From the NCBI GenBank assembly GCA_002633005.1, contig NMRA01000011.1, positions 1,624,555-1,688,554 of the forward strand: a stretch of DNA of 64,000 nt, written 5' to 3'. Below, one piece after another: positions 11,321-24,699 of this stretch. Position 1 is the stretch's first letter; every line of letters starts with the position of its first letter. The DNA comes from Phoronis australis (taxonomy: Eukaryota > Animalia > Phoronida). Below the pieces are notes generated by a model, which saw nothing but the letters and a program-made list of their open reading frames with translations, did no database searches and was not told the origin of the DNA. A program made the position numbers and the translations under genes.

Positions 11321-12142
11321 CCGAGGGTTCACTACTCCGAAGGTTCGCTACCTTCGAAAGTTCACCACTTCGAATATCCACAATTCCAAAACCAGAACTC
11401 CGACAGTTAATTACTCTGATTTTCTACTCATGATTCAGAACTTGAAATGAATAAAGTATGGTACTGATGTCCATTTAATAGCCATTTAAAGGGTGTGAAA
11501 GAATTGAATAGTCGGATTGTTTACAAAAGAGCTCAGTTCCAATCACTGGCAATCTTGATTCTTGCATCTAACTTAAGACTCATTCTCAATTCGGGACAAT
11601 ATATGGGGCACGGTTCCGGCGACCAACGGCGGTTTTAAATTTAAGAAGACTGAATGAGACTTCGTGAAGACTGGCAGGGATAGGGTATACTAACTACATT
11701 TATTTGCGACCCGGGCCGTGCGAGTAGTTCCGGTGGGTGAGGTTGAAGCACAGCGACCCTAAACTTTTCTGTCGCGCTGTGAGATGATGCGATCCTGACA
11801 CGAGATTGACGAATGTATCGTGGTCGATAATCATCAACAATACTACTTCCTATTCTTTTATAAATGCAAGTACATACTCATTTTTCCGTATTCGTAACGC
11901 ATGCGAGCAATTTCACATGTACCTGGAATCCAAACAAAGTGATTTATTAGCCGGGTGTATTGTTGTCGGTATACTTGCATCTAATAACCGAAGTGTCGCT
12001 TATTTTTGCATGTAAAAGTACAGCAATTACACCTGATTCAGGAATTTTAGATATTTTCGGAGAAGCGAACCTTCGGAGTGGTGAACCTTCGAAGTAGTGA
12101 ACCTTCGGAATAGTGGACCGGCGGAATAGTGGGTGTTCCCAT
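11321..12142. mobile_element. Non-autonomous fold-back element with 16-bp tandem subterminal repeats
   Basis: (ggttcactactccgaa)-like units at 11321-11405 and their reverse complement at 12056-12140. Confidence 0.65.
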
Positions 12143-13686
12143 TTCCAGCGATGTAAGCAACTTTTAACAAAAATAATGTCAGATGAAAAATTACGTCAAA
12201 CCAATCTCTGTTTAAATATTTCCATCGGAGTATATGATAAGGCATAATCACTCAGTTAAAAAGCCCGATTTGAAAGTTTGGCAGGATGTAGGCCTAACTT
12301 CATGTGGAGAACTTCTCGCTTAAGCTGGTCACCGCCCAGATTCCCGTAGTTCCAGACATTTTTTATGTTGCCTATTCAACTCGGCTTTTGTATTGACGAA
12401 GATCTGAGCTAATGAAGTCGAAAGGTAATAGCTAGCACTGCTGTCTCAAAAATGATGGTTGTTAGTACACCCAAATTGGTTTTCTACGGCATTTGCAAAG
12501 AGTTGCATCCTACAACTGTAGAGAGCTCTTCTAACTTGGTACATTTTAAATAAAAAGTTAATTTGTGTTTATCTTGACCATGGGCAACTTCCCAAAGGAA
12601 CGATGGTTTTAAATGTGTTTCATACCTGTTCTTGTTATTTCATTTTAATACTCCTGTTGTTTTTTATTCTTACCAGGAACGGGTTGATATCTTTTTATTT
12701 TATTTTTAAACTTGAAGTACCAAAAACAATAGTTTTTTGATCGCCAGCGAAACTTAATTAGTTTTGCCAATTGTGAACCCATCCCTGAATTTTCCAGATT
12801 ATAGCTACATTAAACATTTCACAGCGAACAAAATCACACGTGTCATTAGTACAAGTTTAATCTTTATTAGATCTCAAATCATAAAAAATATACAAAACTG
12901 CAAATGGTGATAGCCAAACTGAAGATGTGGCCCTCTCTGGACAATTTCGGTTGCACTAACTACATACAGCTGTAACTATTCTAGCTTTTTGTCAGCCATA
13001 AAAATACAGAGTGGGCACAAGTTAAATACAACTGTTTCCTAGTCAAAAATCTGGTTAAACGAGATGGAAAGAATCTTTTATATAAAATGCCTTGTTAGCA
13101 CAAACTCCGTCTCCCCCGCTCCACTACAGACCTTCGTTAAGCCCGTTTCGGCACCGGCTTGGCTCCAGGTATTGCACCGGCCCCCAATTTGTATTCGAGG
13201 TGTTCTATTTTTTTTCTCGCGGGCTGTTTCTTCGCGGACGCGGAGGGAGGGTGGCTAGTTTCGTACTGGCCTTGGTGACGTCAGTTCGTCGGCTCAATGG
13301 CCTCGGTGACGTCACTCCGTCGGCTTAATTTCACTCCCTCCGGCTTCAGTCGCGTATATAATTCATCGGGCCTGTCGCCGCCAAAATTAGTGATGCCTCA
13401 CTATAAAATTCTTACTCTTCCTTGAGTAAACTAAATTATTTACCTTGGTGTTGGAAAATTGGCATTCTTCAGTTATTTTGCTGCTAAAATTGCGATGCGC
13501 TCTTTCGGCGCCAATATGTTGCGTCTACTGTTGGCCAATTTGTTATACAATCACTTTGTGAGGTTGCGTACATGTCATAACAATCGCAAGTCGTTTCATT
13601 TCATCACAAGTTTTTACTATATTATTATCTGAAAACACAATTTCAAAACAATTCTCGAGAGATATCGCAAAAATTTCGGAAATGGC

Positions 13687-14001
13687 GCGTACGTGCGCGT
13701 GTCCCAAGTATGCATTGTTTTCAAAACGACCACAGATTTTCCATTGTTACAAAAGGCAGAGAATTACGAAAAATAACGTTAATTAGATTGTCTTTTTACT
13801 TCTATAAACGGATGTAACGGGCAAGATGAATGTAGGTTCATTCCCAGATTCAGCATGCACCCCTGTAGGTTGTTAGCTCTAAGTTTCACGACGAGGTGAC
13901 AAGCTGATCACCGGGGTTGTGTGAAATTTTAACGGAGCTCTACACGCAGCTACCTAGCAGTATGTTGACGATAGTCTTCCTACAGATAGCTGGCTTTCTA
14001 C
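13687..14001. repeat. Dispersed repeat, copy 2
   Basis: Same collinear blocks as 1864-2243. Confidence 0.75.
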
Positions 14002-16656
14002 CTCAGTATGTACATTTATGATGCAACTTTTGTAAATACATCTAATATTCTTTGTGTACTATAAAGAATTTTAAATGCATTCTTAGTTTTCACTTTAAAG
14101 AATATCTGATTACTGTACTTTGTCTTACGGCAGGGTCAAATGTTCTGAAAAGAAATTTGTACTGCCTGGGGAAAGAATCCCGCAGCCGCACACCTTGCCT
14201 ACTAAAATCTGACAGTGACTGTTAGCCTACAATTTCCGTCTTGCCACAGTTAGTGAGTTGTGTTTTTTTAAAGGGACGCTTGACACCGATCAATTTGTTC
14301 CGTGTTAGTTACGCCGGGTCAAAACTTGACGTCTAAACGGGACTCTAGTCTATGTTTATGGATCAAATTACGACCGAATTTGATTCCTGTCACGACATTC
14401 TCATTTCTGGTATTACAAATTCCGTCTCATCTCAGGAACATAGAGCTAAGAGTCATCGTTGCCGTGGATACAGATTTCCCTTCCCCATAATTAACCTGCG
14501 TAAAGCGCCTTACCAAGAACTCGAGTGTTGACGCTTGCAAAAGGTTCACCTTTCTAGAAATCAGAACCACCCGCCCGCCCAATGCTGGCTACGGGCCTAC
14601 AGCTTTCGACAGGGAAAAACATTTTTCGTTTCCGCGAACGGACACGGAAGAAAACGAAGCCTACGACACACGCACGCCCGGCTTATAGACTCGCAACTCC
14701 GACATTTCCTTGCAAAATATCCTAGAGGAGGCGCCGCCCTCCTAAATTACCAATTTCAGTTTCCGGTTAGTGCATGGAGGCACTGAACAGTTCTCACAGG
14801 GGTTTGCCTGTCAGACCACACGTCAATGGACTCTTCACCCTTTTTTCACTCTGTCAATAACTGTAGGCAAATAAAGAAAAGTTTTTAGTCATTTCACATC
14901 ACAAGCCTTACAGATGAGCACAGAAACTTTATTCTCTCTTGTATTTTTGACCCTTTCACTCCCAGTGGAAACCAAGTCAGACAAAGAAAAATAAGGGCAA
15001 AAAATTCGAAATCGGCACTTTTGGCCCCAAAACCACCACTTCCCTGCCGATGCTCGACTAAAGCCAAGATTAGATTCAGATAGCAAATTTCCTACCAATT
15101 CCAAAAATGTGGTCCAAAAATACTGTCAACAACTAGTTTTTTGCAAACTGGCTTGTTTGAGGGGTACCTGAAATCGCGGCCGATTTCTCAGTTGCTACAC
15201 AGCAATGCACAATTGCAACAGGGGGCCACCATCTTGAAGAAGAGTGCAGCTACAGCCGAGAAAGTGGCCTTTTTCATTCTCAGCTGGTCCATAAATACAA
15301 ACAAACCACATTCACTGAGCCTACATGCAATGCCCACCTAAAAATGACCCCACACTTGGCCTACGTTAGGAGAGTGAATCCAGTCCGGACACCCAGGTCG
15401 TCCATGCGTGTGGGCGGCACGTGCACCTGAATAAGAGAGGTTTCCTGTCCAGGTGCAAATTGCGTCGACGCTGAAAAACCTTGGAAACGCAGTAGAGTTG
15501 TGATAAACGGGCGGATTTCTACGTTATAGATGATTTGAAAAATTCGTGAATTATGTTCAGTCAAAAATAGCGCAATTAGATTTTCCTCTTTATAATTTCG
15601 TGGAAAGTAAACATGTGTCGATTGTTTTTCTGCGCTTGTGATTTATTAAACCTTCAGCGAACATAGACTAAAAGCGCACCAAAATTAACAGATCACATAT
15701 CACATTTCAAGATATGCCACAAGTAACACTCCAAATACACATTTTTACGATACTGACCATTCATGGCGACGGCGACTTCACAAAAATCAAAATTACCCGT
15801 ATTCTACGTTTGCGCATTTCGTGCAGTCATTGTAAGTTTTGTTGTTCGGAGTTTTGGGCGTGCGGTGTGGCCCCATCTACAAAGAACTATACCCACCGCC
15901 ACTGCACAGTCGGGATACAGACCGGAACCAGTTATGTTGTTTGGCCTCGTACTATGCTAATATCTCAATAACATCGGTGTGACCTATGGCGGATCTAGGA
16001 TATCGTAAGGGGGCAATCTCCATTTTAGAAACAAAAGTCTTCATAGCACCTGGAAACAGTATGCCGATTGCGTTCTTTGGTTGTGAGGGGACAGTGGCCT
16101 GGGCCCCCTTAGGCTCTTGAAATCGCTGTGTGACACAGTGCTGGACTTAAACTATAATAAACCACTCTTCCACGACACAAAAAATATTAATTTAGACCAG
16201 TTACACTTATGAAATTGGGCTTATTTCATTTGTTCAAATTATGTAGGATTTCTGGTCACAATTTGGAAAAGCTCAAGCCACCGTGTCATGACAACGTAAT
16301 TTGCTACGGCATGTCATTTTATTCGCCGAACATAGTCTCGATGGGGCAACTGCGAACTATTGGATATTTGCAAAGACCAAAAGTCCATTCTCGCCTGAGT
16401 GAAGAAAAGGTTGAAATCGTTCTACAGCTGAACTAGTGGTCTAAATCAAAAGTTAGTATCTTTGACGGAATCCTGGTTTGATGCCGATTTCATGAGCTTT
16501 TCATTAAAGAGGTTCAACGTGTTTCCATCACTGTGACTGTTGGTTCCCTAACTGTTGATTCAAATCGTATAATGGGAATTTTTGTTTCTGTAAACCTGCA
16601 GTCGGTCGCCAAAACATACTTGTCGTCAATGCTTGGTCAATACAGTGATCTACACG

Positions 16657-16813
16657 CACGAAGGCCTGTTAATGCCAGACAAAATTGTAAGTTGGTACGG
16701 ATTGGGAATCCGTTGTTACGTGACAACAAATTGGCAATCCGTTATTACGTAATAACGAAATGGCAATCCGAAATAACAGTTTCAATTTTTTCTGGCACTA
16801 ATGGGCCTTCGTA
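16657..16813. mobile_element. Small MITE with ~31-bp TIRs
   Basis: cacgaaggcctgttaatgccagacaaaattg / caattttttctggcactaatgggccttcgta; internal tggcaatccgtt repeats. Confidence 0.75.
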
Positions 16814-18537
16814 AATATCATCAATTTATTTTAGGCGCTGATCGTGGGAACGAGTCTTCTGTGAGGTACAACAGTAACCCGAGCTGGGCGCAATACACTT
16901 TGATGAACTGCAAAAAGATATGCTTAAGTCTGACGTGAGATCACATGTTGCCCAAGCTTGTGTGCGGCTGAAAAGTGGCGCTGTGGAAAGATGAACGACA
17001 CACGGAATTCCGTGTGTGGGCATAAATGCGCATGCTTGGTCGGAAGTTTATCGATCACATCGCTACCACTTGCACACGCTTTCTATGCACTGTACTTCTT
17101 TGAGCTTAGCCACGGCATCGGGGTACCTTTGACTTTGTTTACTTCGATCACTACCCGTTTTAATAAATTGCAACTATTCAAGTCGAAGGGGGTCGCCATA
17201 CTACGTAACAATAAACTGAAAGGGGTTTCCTGATTTTGACCGATGGAAATCACTGAATGTTATGACGTCGTTTTCATTACTTTAACCAATGGGAAGCCAT
17301 GATGAACAGTATTTCACAGTGCTACCTTTCGTAGCACTGTGAAAGAGTGTACACGTACGTACATATAGCCTAGTAACGGTATAGCGTTTCCGCAAAGAAG
17401 TCCTCACAATAGGGCCGTCCCTGATTACGCAGCAATAGATCTCCTCTGATCCGGAAGTAAAAAAGTGCGTTGTTTTCACTGAATTAATTTTGTAATGTCA
17501 CATTTTAACAGGTCATGTCGGAAACCGTCGACGTGTACGGCCGTGGATATATTCCAATGTTAACCACAGGTATTTATCAAGTTTATCCAACTTTCCCCCG
17601 TCGGAATGGCAGCTCAAAGCACAGCAGCGATGTTTCGCTGGCATTGGAAGAACGGGCGCAATAATGCAGCCGAGAAAAACCTTTAGAGAATGCGATAGCA
17701 ACAAAGAACAAGTGGGATTAATTGGCGCGAAAGCGAAGCTTCAAAAGTGCTTGACGGATGTTGCAGCATTGTGGGTAAACACAGCGACATTTGATTGTCG
17801 CTGTGTAAGCCGTGTAAGCCCCATTAAAATTGCTTACAATTTTGGTTAATGTCAAAAGCGGATGTCAAAGAAAAATCAAGGTTTCGTGAGAAACTAGCCC
17901 TATAGATTTTACTCCGCTCCTTTTCTACTTACCTAAGAAATAAATTTAAATGTATGATTGGTACACAGATTCCTTCTATGTCGCTTCTGTCGGTGTCCAT
18001 GGAACTTTAGCTATCTACAAAAGGGTCGCCCAAGTTTTAAGATTCTATGTCATATTGGTAACACATTTTTCGTTTATAGGTCCCTTTTTCGGTTATGTGC
18101 CCGCCCTGAATTTTGGGTACTGGAAAGATAATCGATATACCGGACACAGGCTTACGGAAAATATCGGTATACCTGACCATGGGAATTTTCTGATAGCGTG
18201 CTTTCTCAAACTTTACGTGCACGCTTTTTCCAAATATTTAACAAAAATATCAAATATCGTTGTTTACCCAATTGGACCTTCCTGATTATGTCTTCCTTGG
18301 TTTGTTTCATTAAAAGCAACTTAAAAATAATTTAATTTTCACTTTACGTTTTTGCTAGTTTCTGACATATTTTTGCAAATTGTTTCTAGACTATAATGCG
18401 CTCATAATTATTTGACTAAATCTTTATTCAGCAATTGTGAAGCGAGAGTGTAAGACCTACATGTACATTAAGTCTTAAGACCTAAGTTACTTTTCATTAT
18501 ATGGGCTCCTTCCAGTTAGTGTTGCTGACTACAGAAC

Positions 18538-18860
18538 CATAGGCGGATTTAGGGGGGGGGGGGGCAGGGGGCACGGGCCTCCTCCCTTGGCTGCTGCAAG
18601 GAAAAATAAACAGGAGCAACAGCGTGAAGAAACAATCGCACCAATTTGGAATGGCAGCGGCGGGGGGAGGGCACTGCGCAACGGAATCGTGTTCCCGTTT
18701 TTTGCTTTTTTTTGTCCTCCGATAGAATTTGGCAACACCAGGTCCACATCGCCGGCCCCCGCAAGTTTCGGGCCACCTGTGCATACAATCGCGCTTTGCC
18801 CAATTCCCGTAGGCAACATCTTGCCCCCCCCCCTCTTATGGTATCCTAGATACGCCACTG
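18538..18860. mobile_element. MITE family B (hAT-like), copy 1
   Basis: TIR CATAGGCGGATTTAGG / CCTAGATACGCCACTG, poly-G/C tracts, flanking direct repeat AGAAC (18533-18537, 18861-18865). Confidence 0.85.
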
Positions 18861-19886
18861 AGAACCATCCAGATAGTACATTTACGTGGTAACTTAGCCA
18901 CGTGTTTGCAGAAAGAGTGCGTAAATCTGTTTAAGTTACTGACAGTTTTTGATGAAACGGTTTATACTCAGTGTCATCGTTATCATCCGAATACTGTGTT
19001 GGCATATTTGTTAATGTTTTGCTGATCAAACAGATCCCTGGTTGCAAACACAGCTTCCTAATATCCGGGAGTCTTGAAGTAAGTTCAGTCAGATTATTGA
19101 TTGGGACAAACCAGCTGTTTTCTGGCTTGATTTAACATTTCCCAGTGTGCGCATGTGCAAATTTAGAACCCCTAAAATACGTGGCGAGCAGGTTGAATTC
19201 TGTTTTAGTGGCAGAGAACTACTTTCAATATTGCAATTTAGTCTAATTATCGCGTTCCAGGCCTCTTTAATGAACTTGTATGTTTAGTACTAACACACAT
19301 AATAAGTATTTTCCTCCAATCCTTTTGGTGTATATAAATTTCACAAATCTGTGGAAAGGGCTCCGATGGCCCCTCAAAGCTGAGTAGGCCTACTGGATGC
19401 GGTACGTTACCGTATATGCACATATTTAGAACCATGCGCTAATATCCTGGGTTGTCCATTTTTTCAAAGTAAATGATTGAGCCCCGTGTCGACCCTCCAG
19501 AATATCTGATGACGACTTCTGACTTCCAATGTCTTAGAGCCGACTGGTTGACACCTCTGAATCAGTGGAGTGAGTCACAGAAGTGTACATGTGATAAACT
19601 GGTTTTTGTGTGTCTTATTTACGTTTTATTTGGACTCGTTTGGAGACGGATACGTCGGGTTTCACTTACATGCTGTTTTAAAAATGTTCTTTGGTTATTA
19701 CGCAATGTGTCTCGTCTATTAGGCGCAGGTGCCCAATTCTCGGAAGGATAATGTTGCTGCTACCAGTCATTAGACTTGGCAACAACTAACTATTTAAGTG
19801 TAACGCGACAGTAGGGGCCGGTAGACATTCAAGAATATGTTTGACCGGTACAGAATAAGCTCTATTCTAAGAGACCTATTTATTAG

Positions 19887-20225
19887 NNNNNNNNNNNNNN
19901 NNNNNNNNNNNNNNNNNNNNNNNNNNNNNNNNNNNNNNNNNNNNNNNNNNNNNNNNNNNNNNNNNNNNNNNNNNNNNNNNNNNNNNNNNNNNNNNNNNNN
20001 NNNNNNNNNNNNNNNNNNNNNNNNNNNNNNNNNNNNNNNNNNNNNNNNNNNNNNNNNNNNNNNNNNNNNNNNNNNNNNNNNNNNNNNNNNNNNNNNNNNN
20101 NNNNNNNNNNNNNNNNNNNNNNNNNNNNNNNNNNNNNNNNNNNNNNNNNNNNNNNNNNNNNNNNNNNNNNNNNNNNNNNNNNNNNNNNNNNNNNNNNNNN
20201 NNNNNNNNNNNNNNNNNNNNNNNNN
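19887..20225. other. Assembly gap (339 N) abutting the poly-C tract of a MITE end
   Basis: N run followed by C-run + aactcacaatcctgaatccgtccctg. Confidence 0.98.
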
Positions 20226-22735
20226 CCCCCCCCCCCCCCAACTCACAATCCTGAATCCGTCCCTGGGACAATCCCGTGGGGATGAACCCATCAAGAGTTG
20301 AGTAACCGTGAACTAACACGAAAAGTAAGAATGGGCCTAGGGTCAGTACACTGACCCACTGACCGGCAGCGAGGAGCTGCCTCAAGTAGCTATAGCTGAG
20401 ATCTAACAATGTGAAAATACGAAATTCCCGATGAACTAAAGCTAGTGGCTGGTCAGCTCAGCTGTGATTCATTTGAGACAAGCAGCACGTACCGGTCGTC
20501 TGCGCTCGCTCTACGGTCAAGATTCGTTTTATTGTGATCCAGTTTCGGGAAAATTTTATTCTATTATGATCATTCTTTGATGGAGTCTTTTTGAAAAGGT
20601 GAGGTCTCGAAGACCATGGTATGGTGCCTTTGGGGCTCTTTCAAGATGCCTTGTTGAAACACGACCGGTAATCCAGTTTCTGGTGGCTGGGGAAAAGGAT
20701 AGTGTGTCCCACTCTTCTTGAAAGCCTGGAGTGAAAATTCAGTTCCCGTGGATCACTGAGATTCTGCGCGCCGCGCCTACTGCAGGGTTACATCTTATTT
20801 TTATCGTGGGTACGTCAGTCATGACGTGCAAGCGAATCGGGAAAAGCAATCAATTCCATTTTGAAGAACAAAAATGCATTGCTTAATACTAGTGGAAACT
20901 AAAAACACCAAGGAAATGCAAAAACAACCTTTCCAAGCAATGAGTTTAATTTTAATTAATTTGATGATTTTTAAAAGTTTTTTTATCTGCGGTTTGTGAA
21001 TCCGAATTTCATCAATCTTTGAGAGTTATTTTATATGCAAAAATGACCTATAAGTGTACTTTACCATTTGGGGATCGGATTATAGAGTTCTTCCAACTTC
21101 AGGCTGTAATTGTATTCATTGAAACATCATCAATTCCTAAAAGATTAGCTTCTAATTGTCAAAAATCATCTGTGAACTTATCGATCTTCATAGATACATA
21201 AACAAGTAAATCAGAAACCAACGAATTTGTTCATCAAATGGGAATGTTAAAAGCAATTTCTGCATGCATGCTTGCAGACTTTTGACGGGTAACCGGGGGA
21301 GTATGGGATAAGGGACATTCGTATTAAAATGTATTTTTGCTCATTTCAGGGGTGCCTAAAACGGTTCACGAGGTAAATTTGAACTCCACTTACAAAAATA
21401 CGCTGAAATCTTTGGTTATGATTGCGAGTTCTTTGAGTACCCCTTTTCGACATGTACACGGTCATCAAAAATAGTATTCTATACAGCAGTATTTTCCACA
21501 TGTGGGAATTCCTTATAAATGACTCGTAGTATCCATACAACTATTCTTTTGATACTACGTGAAACAGTAACATTATTTAATAACTAACCATCGGAAATAG
21601 TCCGGTTGTACGATTTCACAAAAAGCAGGAAAATAGAGGTAATCGATTCCAACATTGGGCCCTCTCTCCGTGAGCGGCCCCTTAGGAATTTGTCAATAAA
21701 AACACAAAAAGGGTCATCAATGGCCTCCTTCAATGGCGGGGCCCCTAAATATGAAAATATCTATATTTTCAAAAAATCAGGAAATGCGCAGCGAATGATG
21801 TTATCTGTCAGGTCATCATTTTTTCTCAAGTAATATACAGTTTCGAGAGAAAAATAAAGCAAAAGTTGTCTCCGTTATCCGTTGCCTGAGAAAGGCATCT
21901 GGAAAAATATAGTTTTGCATTCGCAAAATTTAGAATTCCAGTAAATTAGTACGCTCCGCAAAAGCTTCGCTTTACAATTTCTTTTCGATTTTTCGAAATA
22001 TATGTATGACTGATTTCGCTCGCGTTTTTAAGTGCGTTTAGACGACCTGTGCTGCAAAAGCGGAGACCCTAACGACAATGTCCTGGCCAGGGTCCTCAAA
22101 AGGTAAACCGTGCACTGATGCATAGTTGTTTAATGTTCTCTTGAATTTTCTGTGATCCGTAGTCTTTCTTTTCTCGACTGTCCTCGGCCCCACGCTTATG
22201 TCGGTTGTAACGATTTAACCCTGACGCCTGGAAACTTTGGGGGTCCGTGTCCTCCTCCCCGCTTCCCTACGGCCCTGTTACGTAACTTATCAGAACAATT
22301 GCGTTGAATACAACTTGTTGGATTTGCCTTATAGATTTTTAAATAAGTAAGTTTAACAGTCTTTTGAAGAGTTTGTCACCCATAACGCAAAACTTTCATT
22401 CGTAGGAGCCGGAAATGGCACGATATGATAGGTTCACAGACAGATAGCCCCATTGATAGGTCCGTGGAGTAGGTCCCTAAGCTGGTCCTAAAAGTAACAA
22501 CAATACCACAGTCATGCACTTACAGTGCAGGTAAAGACTTTTGTTCACATTTTGCTGCGGGTACAGGTTTAGACCGTATCAAATACCCATAGATCGAACT
22601 GCTCATTGCAACTGACCTGCTAACTTCTCAGTTTCTGTCGCCCCTGCGAAGATGAGTTGGCTTTACACTGATCAAATACCAGGAGCGAAACTAGCAATTT
22701 TTCTTGGGGGTCACACATAATTTGTCCAACCTATC

Positions 22736-22888
22736 CCGGCGTGCGTTCAGTAGACGCTAGGACCTACGCTAGGACCTAGCTAAAACCTAGTCAAAGTCAC
22801 GTGTTTTTATTTGAAATACACGGCAATATCTCCCGTAATCTCGCGAAGTCTTGCTTTTTAGCGAGGTCCTAGCGTTACTGAACCGGGG
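22736..22888. mobile_element. Small TIR element
   Basis: gttcagtagacgctaggacct / aggtcctagcgttactgaac; related ends near 302-325 and 4965-4980. Confidence 0.55.
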
Positions 22889-23202
22889 AGGCAGTTCTCC
22901 CTTTGAAAGCTAGTATGAGGAAGTGGAAGCGGACAAGTTTGATTTTAAAGACAATTCGACTACTGCATATGCGCTTGCCTGTTTTCAAAGAAAATTGTTT
23001 ACTCAAATATTTTGCACCCCATAACCCCATTTGCCCAACCTTTGTTTTATTGGCACAGGTGGTTGTCCATTGTACAAGGCGCTGGGCCTCACTGTGACTG
23101 CGGTTCGACGTAATCTANCTTACTTGAAAGAAGCTCTTTTCGTGCGTTTTTTCTTTCCGTGTCCAATTTCCTTCTTTTTGCCCAAAAAATAGACGTATAT
23201 TG

Positions 23203-23418
23203 CGGTGGCGGATCTAAGATGCCACAAGGGGGAGGCCAACATGTTGCCTCAGTCGGGGAGAGTTGCGGGAGTATGTGGACCTTCTGTTCACAAATTCTAC
23301 CGGTGTACTCAACCGTTCCTAGTTACTGAACTCAATAGTTCTTCATGCTGTTGCTGTTTTACTTGCGGCAGCCAAGGGGGGGGGGGGCGATGGCAAACCC
23401 CCCCCCCCAAATCCTATG
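23203..23418. mobile_element. MITE family B, copy 2 (inverted, internally shorter)
   Basis: gtggcggatctaag...atgttgcct...atgtggacct...aaattcta...gcagccaaggg...aaatcctatg, collinear with the reverse complement of 18538-18860. A more degraded relative lies near 15985-16130. Confidence 0.8.
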
Positions 23419-24699
23419 TATTTGGAGGCACCAAACCCCGACCGTCAGCCTCTTAATCCCCCTCAGAGATGCAACATGTGTAAACAGGCATACACGTATG
23501 GCCAATCCGATTCAGTGCAGTTTGAAAGTCATACGACTTGCCGTGTGACTGAAGCACGCACATGCTCAGATAGCGTTCACCTAAGAAAATACTCGAGGTG
23601 TTCCGGATGAAGGCAACGCGTGTGCGAACGGCAAGTCACGTGAGTCCAATTGGAGAATGCCGTTGAATATACCGGGATACTTATGTTAATCTGTTATTTA
23701 ATTGTAGACCAACAGGGGGCATGCTAAGGATTGAGAATGACTGTTGCCTACCACTCGTGCTAGTTTGAAGCAATGGTTTTTAACCGTCTCTTGTCCAAAT
23801 AATTTTCTCTTATGACTGAAGTTCGCCCATTTGCAGATATGAAAATCGTCCGAAGAATAATTTAGGGCAACGAAAATATCCGGTGCTTCGGATGATGCAC
23901 GTATGTACATACCTTGATCTTTATTGTAGTAATCTTTCCTATTCTTAGGTTTTATTTGTTTTGATCTTGTTCGCAACAGGACAACTTCCTTTTTCAGCTT
24001 ACACAAGTCAATGTACAAAACTACTTACTTTGTCTAACATTCACTTGCATTGTATTGACTCCAACACATATATGAGGCAAATAGCGTAGTTACGTCTGGG
24101 ACCAGGAGTTATATCGCACAACTAAAAATTTTGATCAAGAAATGAGGAAGTGGCAAAGAAAATAGCATCTGCTTAGGCTGGATTTAGAAAGGAACAGCAA
24201 TAAATTACAATTGGCTTTGACGAAAAAACAAACAAATCTGAAACAATACATGTTACATCGATTTCAGTGGATTGTGGTCATTTCCTTTATTGTTGCTGGT
24301 TATTAGAAAGTTTATGACATATCTTTGTGTAGGGTTATTTATTGTACTTCGAGAGTACAGAGCATTCATTGCCTCCTGTTCTTAGGTGCATGTCCAAGAG
24401 TGGGTCATGCAAAAAGTGATGAAGGCTCACGGATTTCCTTGATTGTTTGCATGAAGATCTCCGTTGATGCTCCAACCCTCATACCCATTTTTGTGCGCGC
24501 CACCTTGTGGTTGCTGTGGGAATTTTTCTTTTTCCTGCCAATTTCAAGCCCTGCTTCATGTTGGCACTTTTTGGGAACTTACCTTGAGATCGAGCCAGAG
24601 CGCGAGATTAAACGCTACAACTACATCACTGAATTATGGTGTCAGCTTCCAGTGACACCTTAGCAGTTTTTGAAGGCTACAAGTTTAGCTAATCAGTGG

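Noticed and set aside
18497-18892. Five overlapping Pro/Gly-rich ORFs
   Set aside because: GC-rich MITE B lacks stops by composition; no protein signature.
19794-20409. Long ORFs spanning 19.8-20.4 kb
   Set aside because: Artefacts of the N gap.
21347-22049. Tc1/mariner-like element bounded by cagg..ctaaa.cg
   Set aside because: TIR match is weak and there is no TA TSD or transposase remnant.
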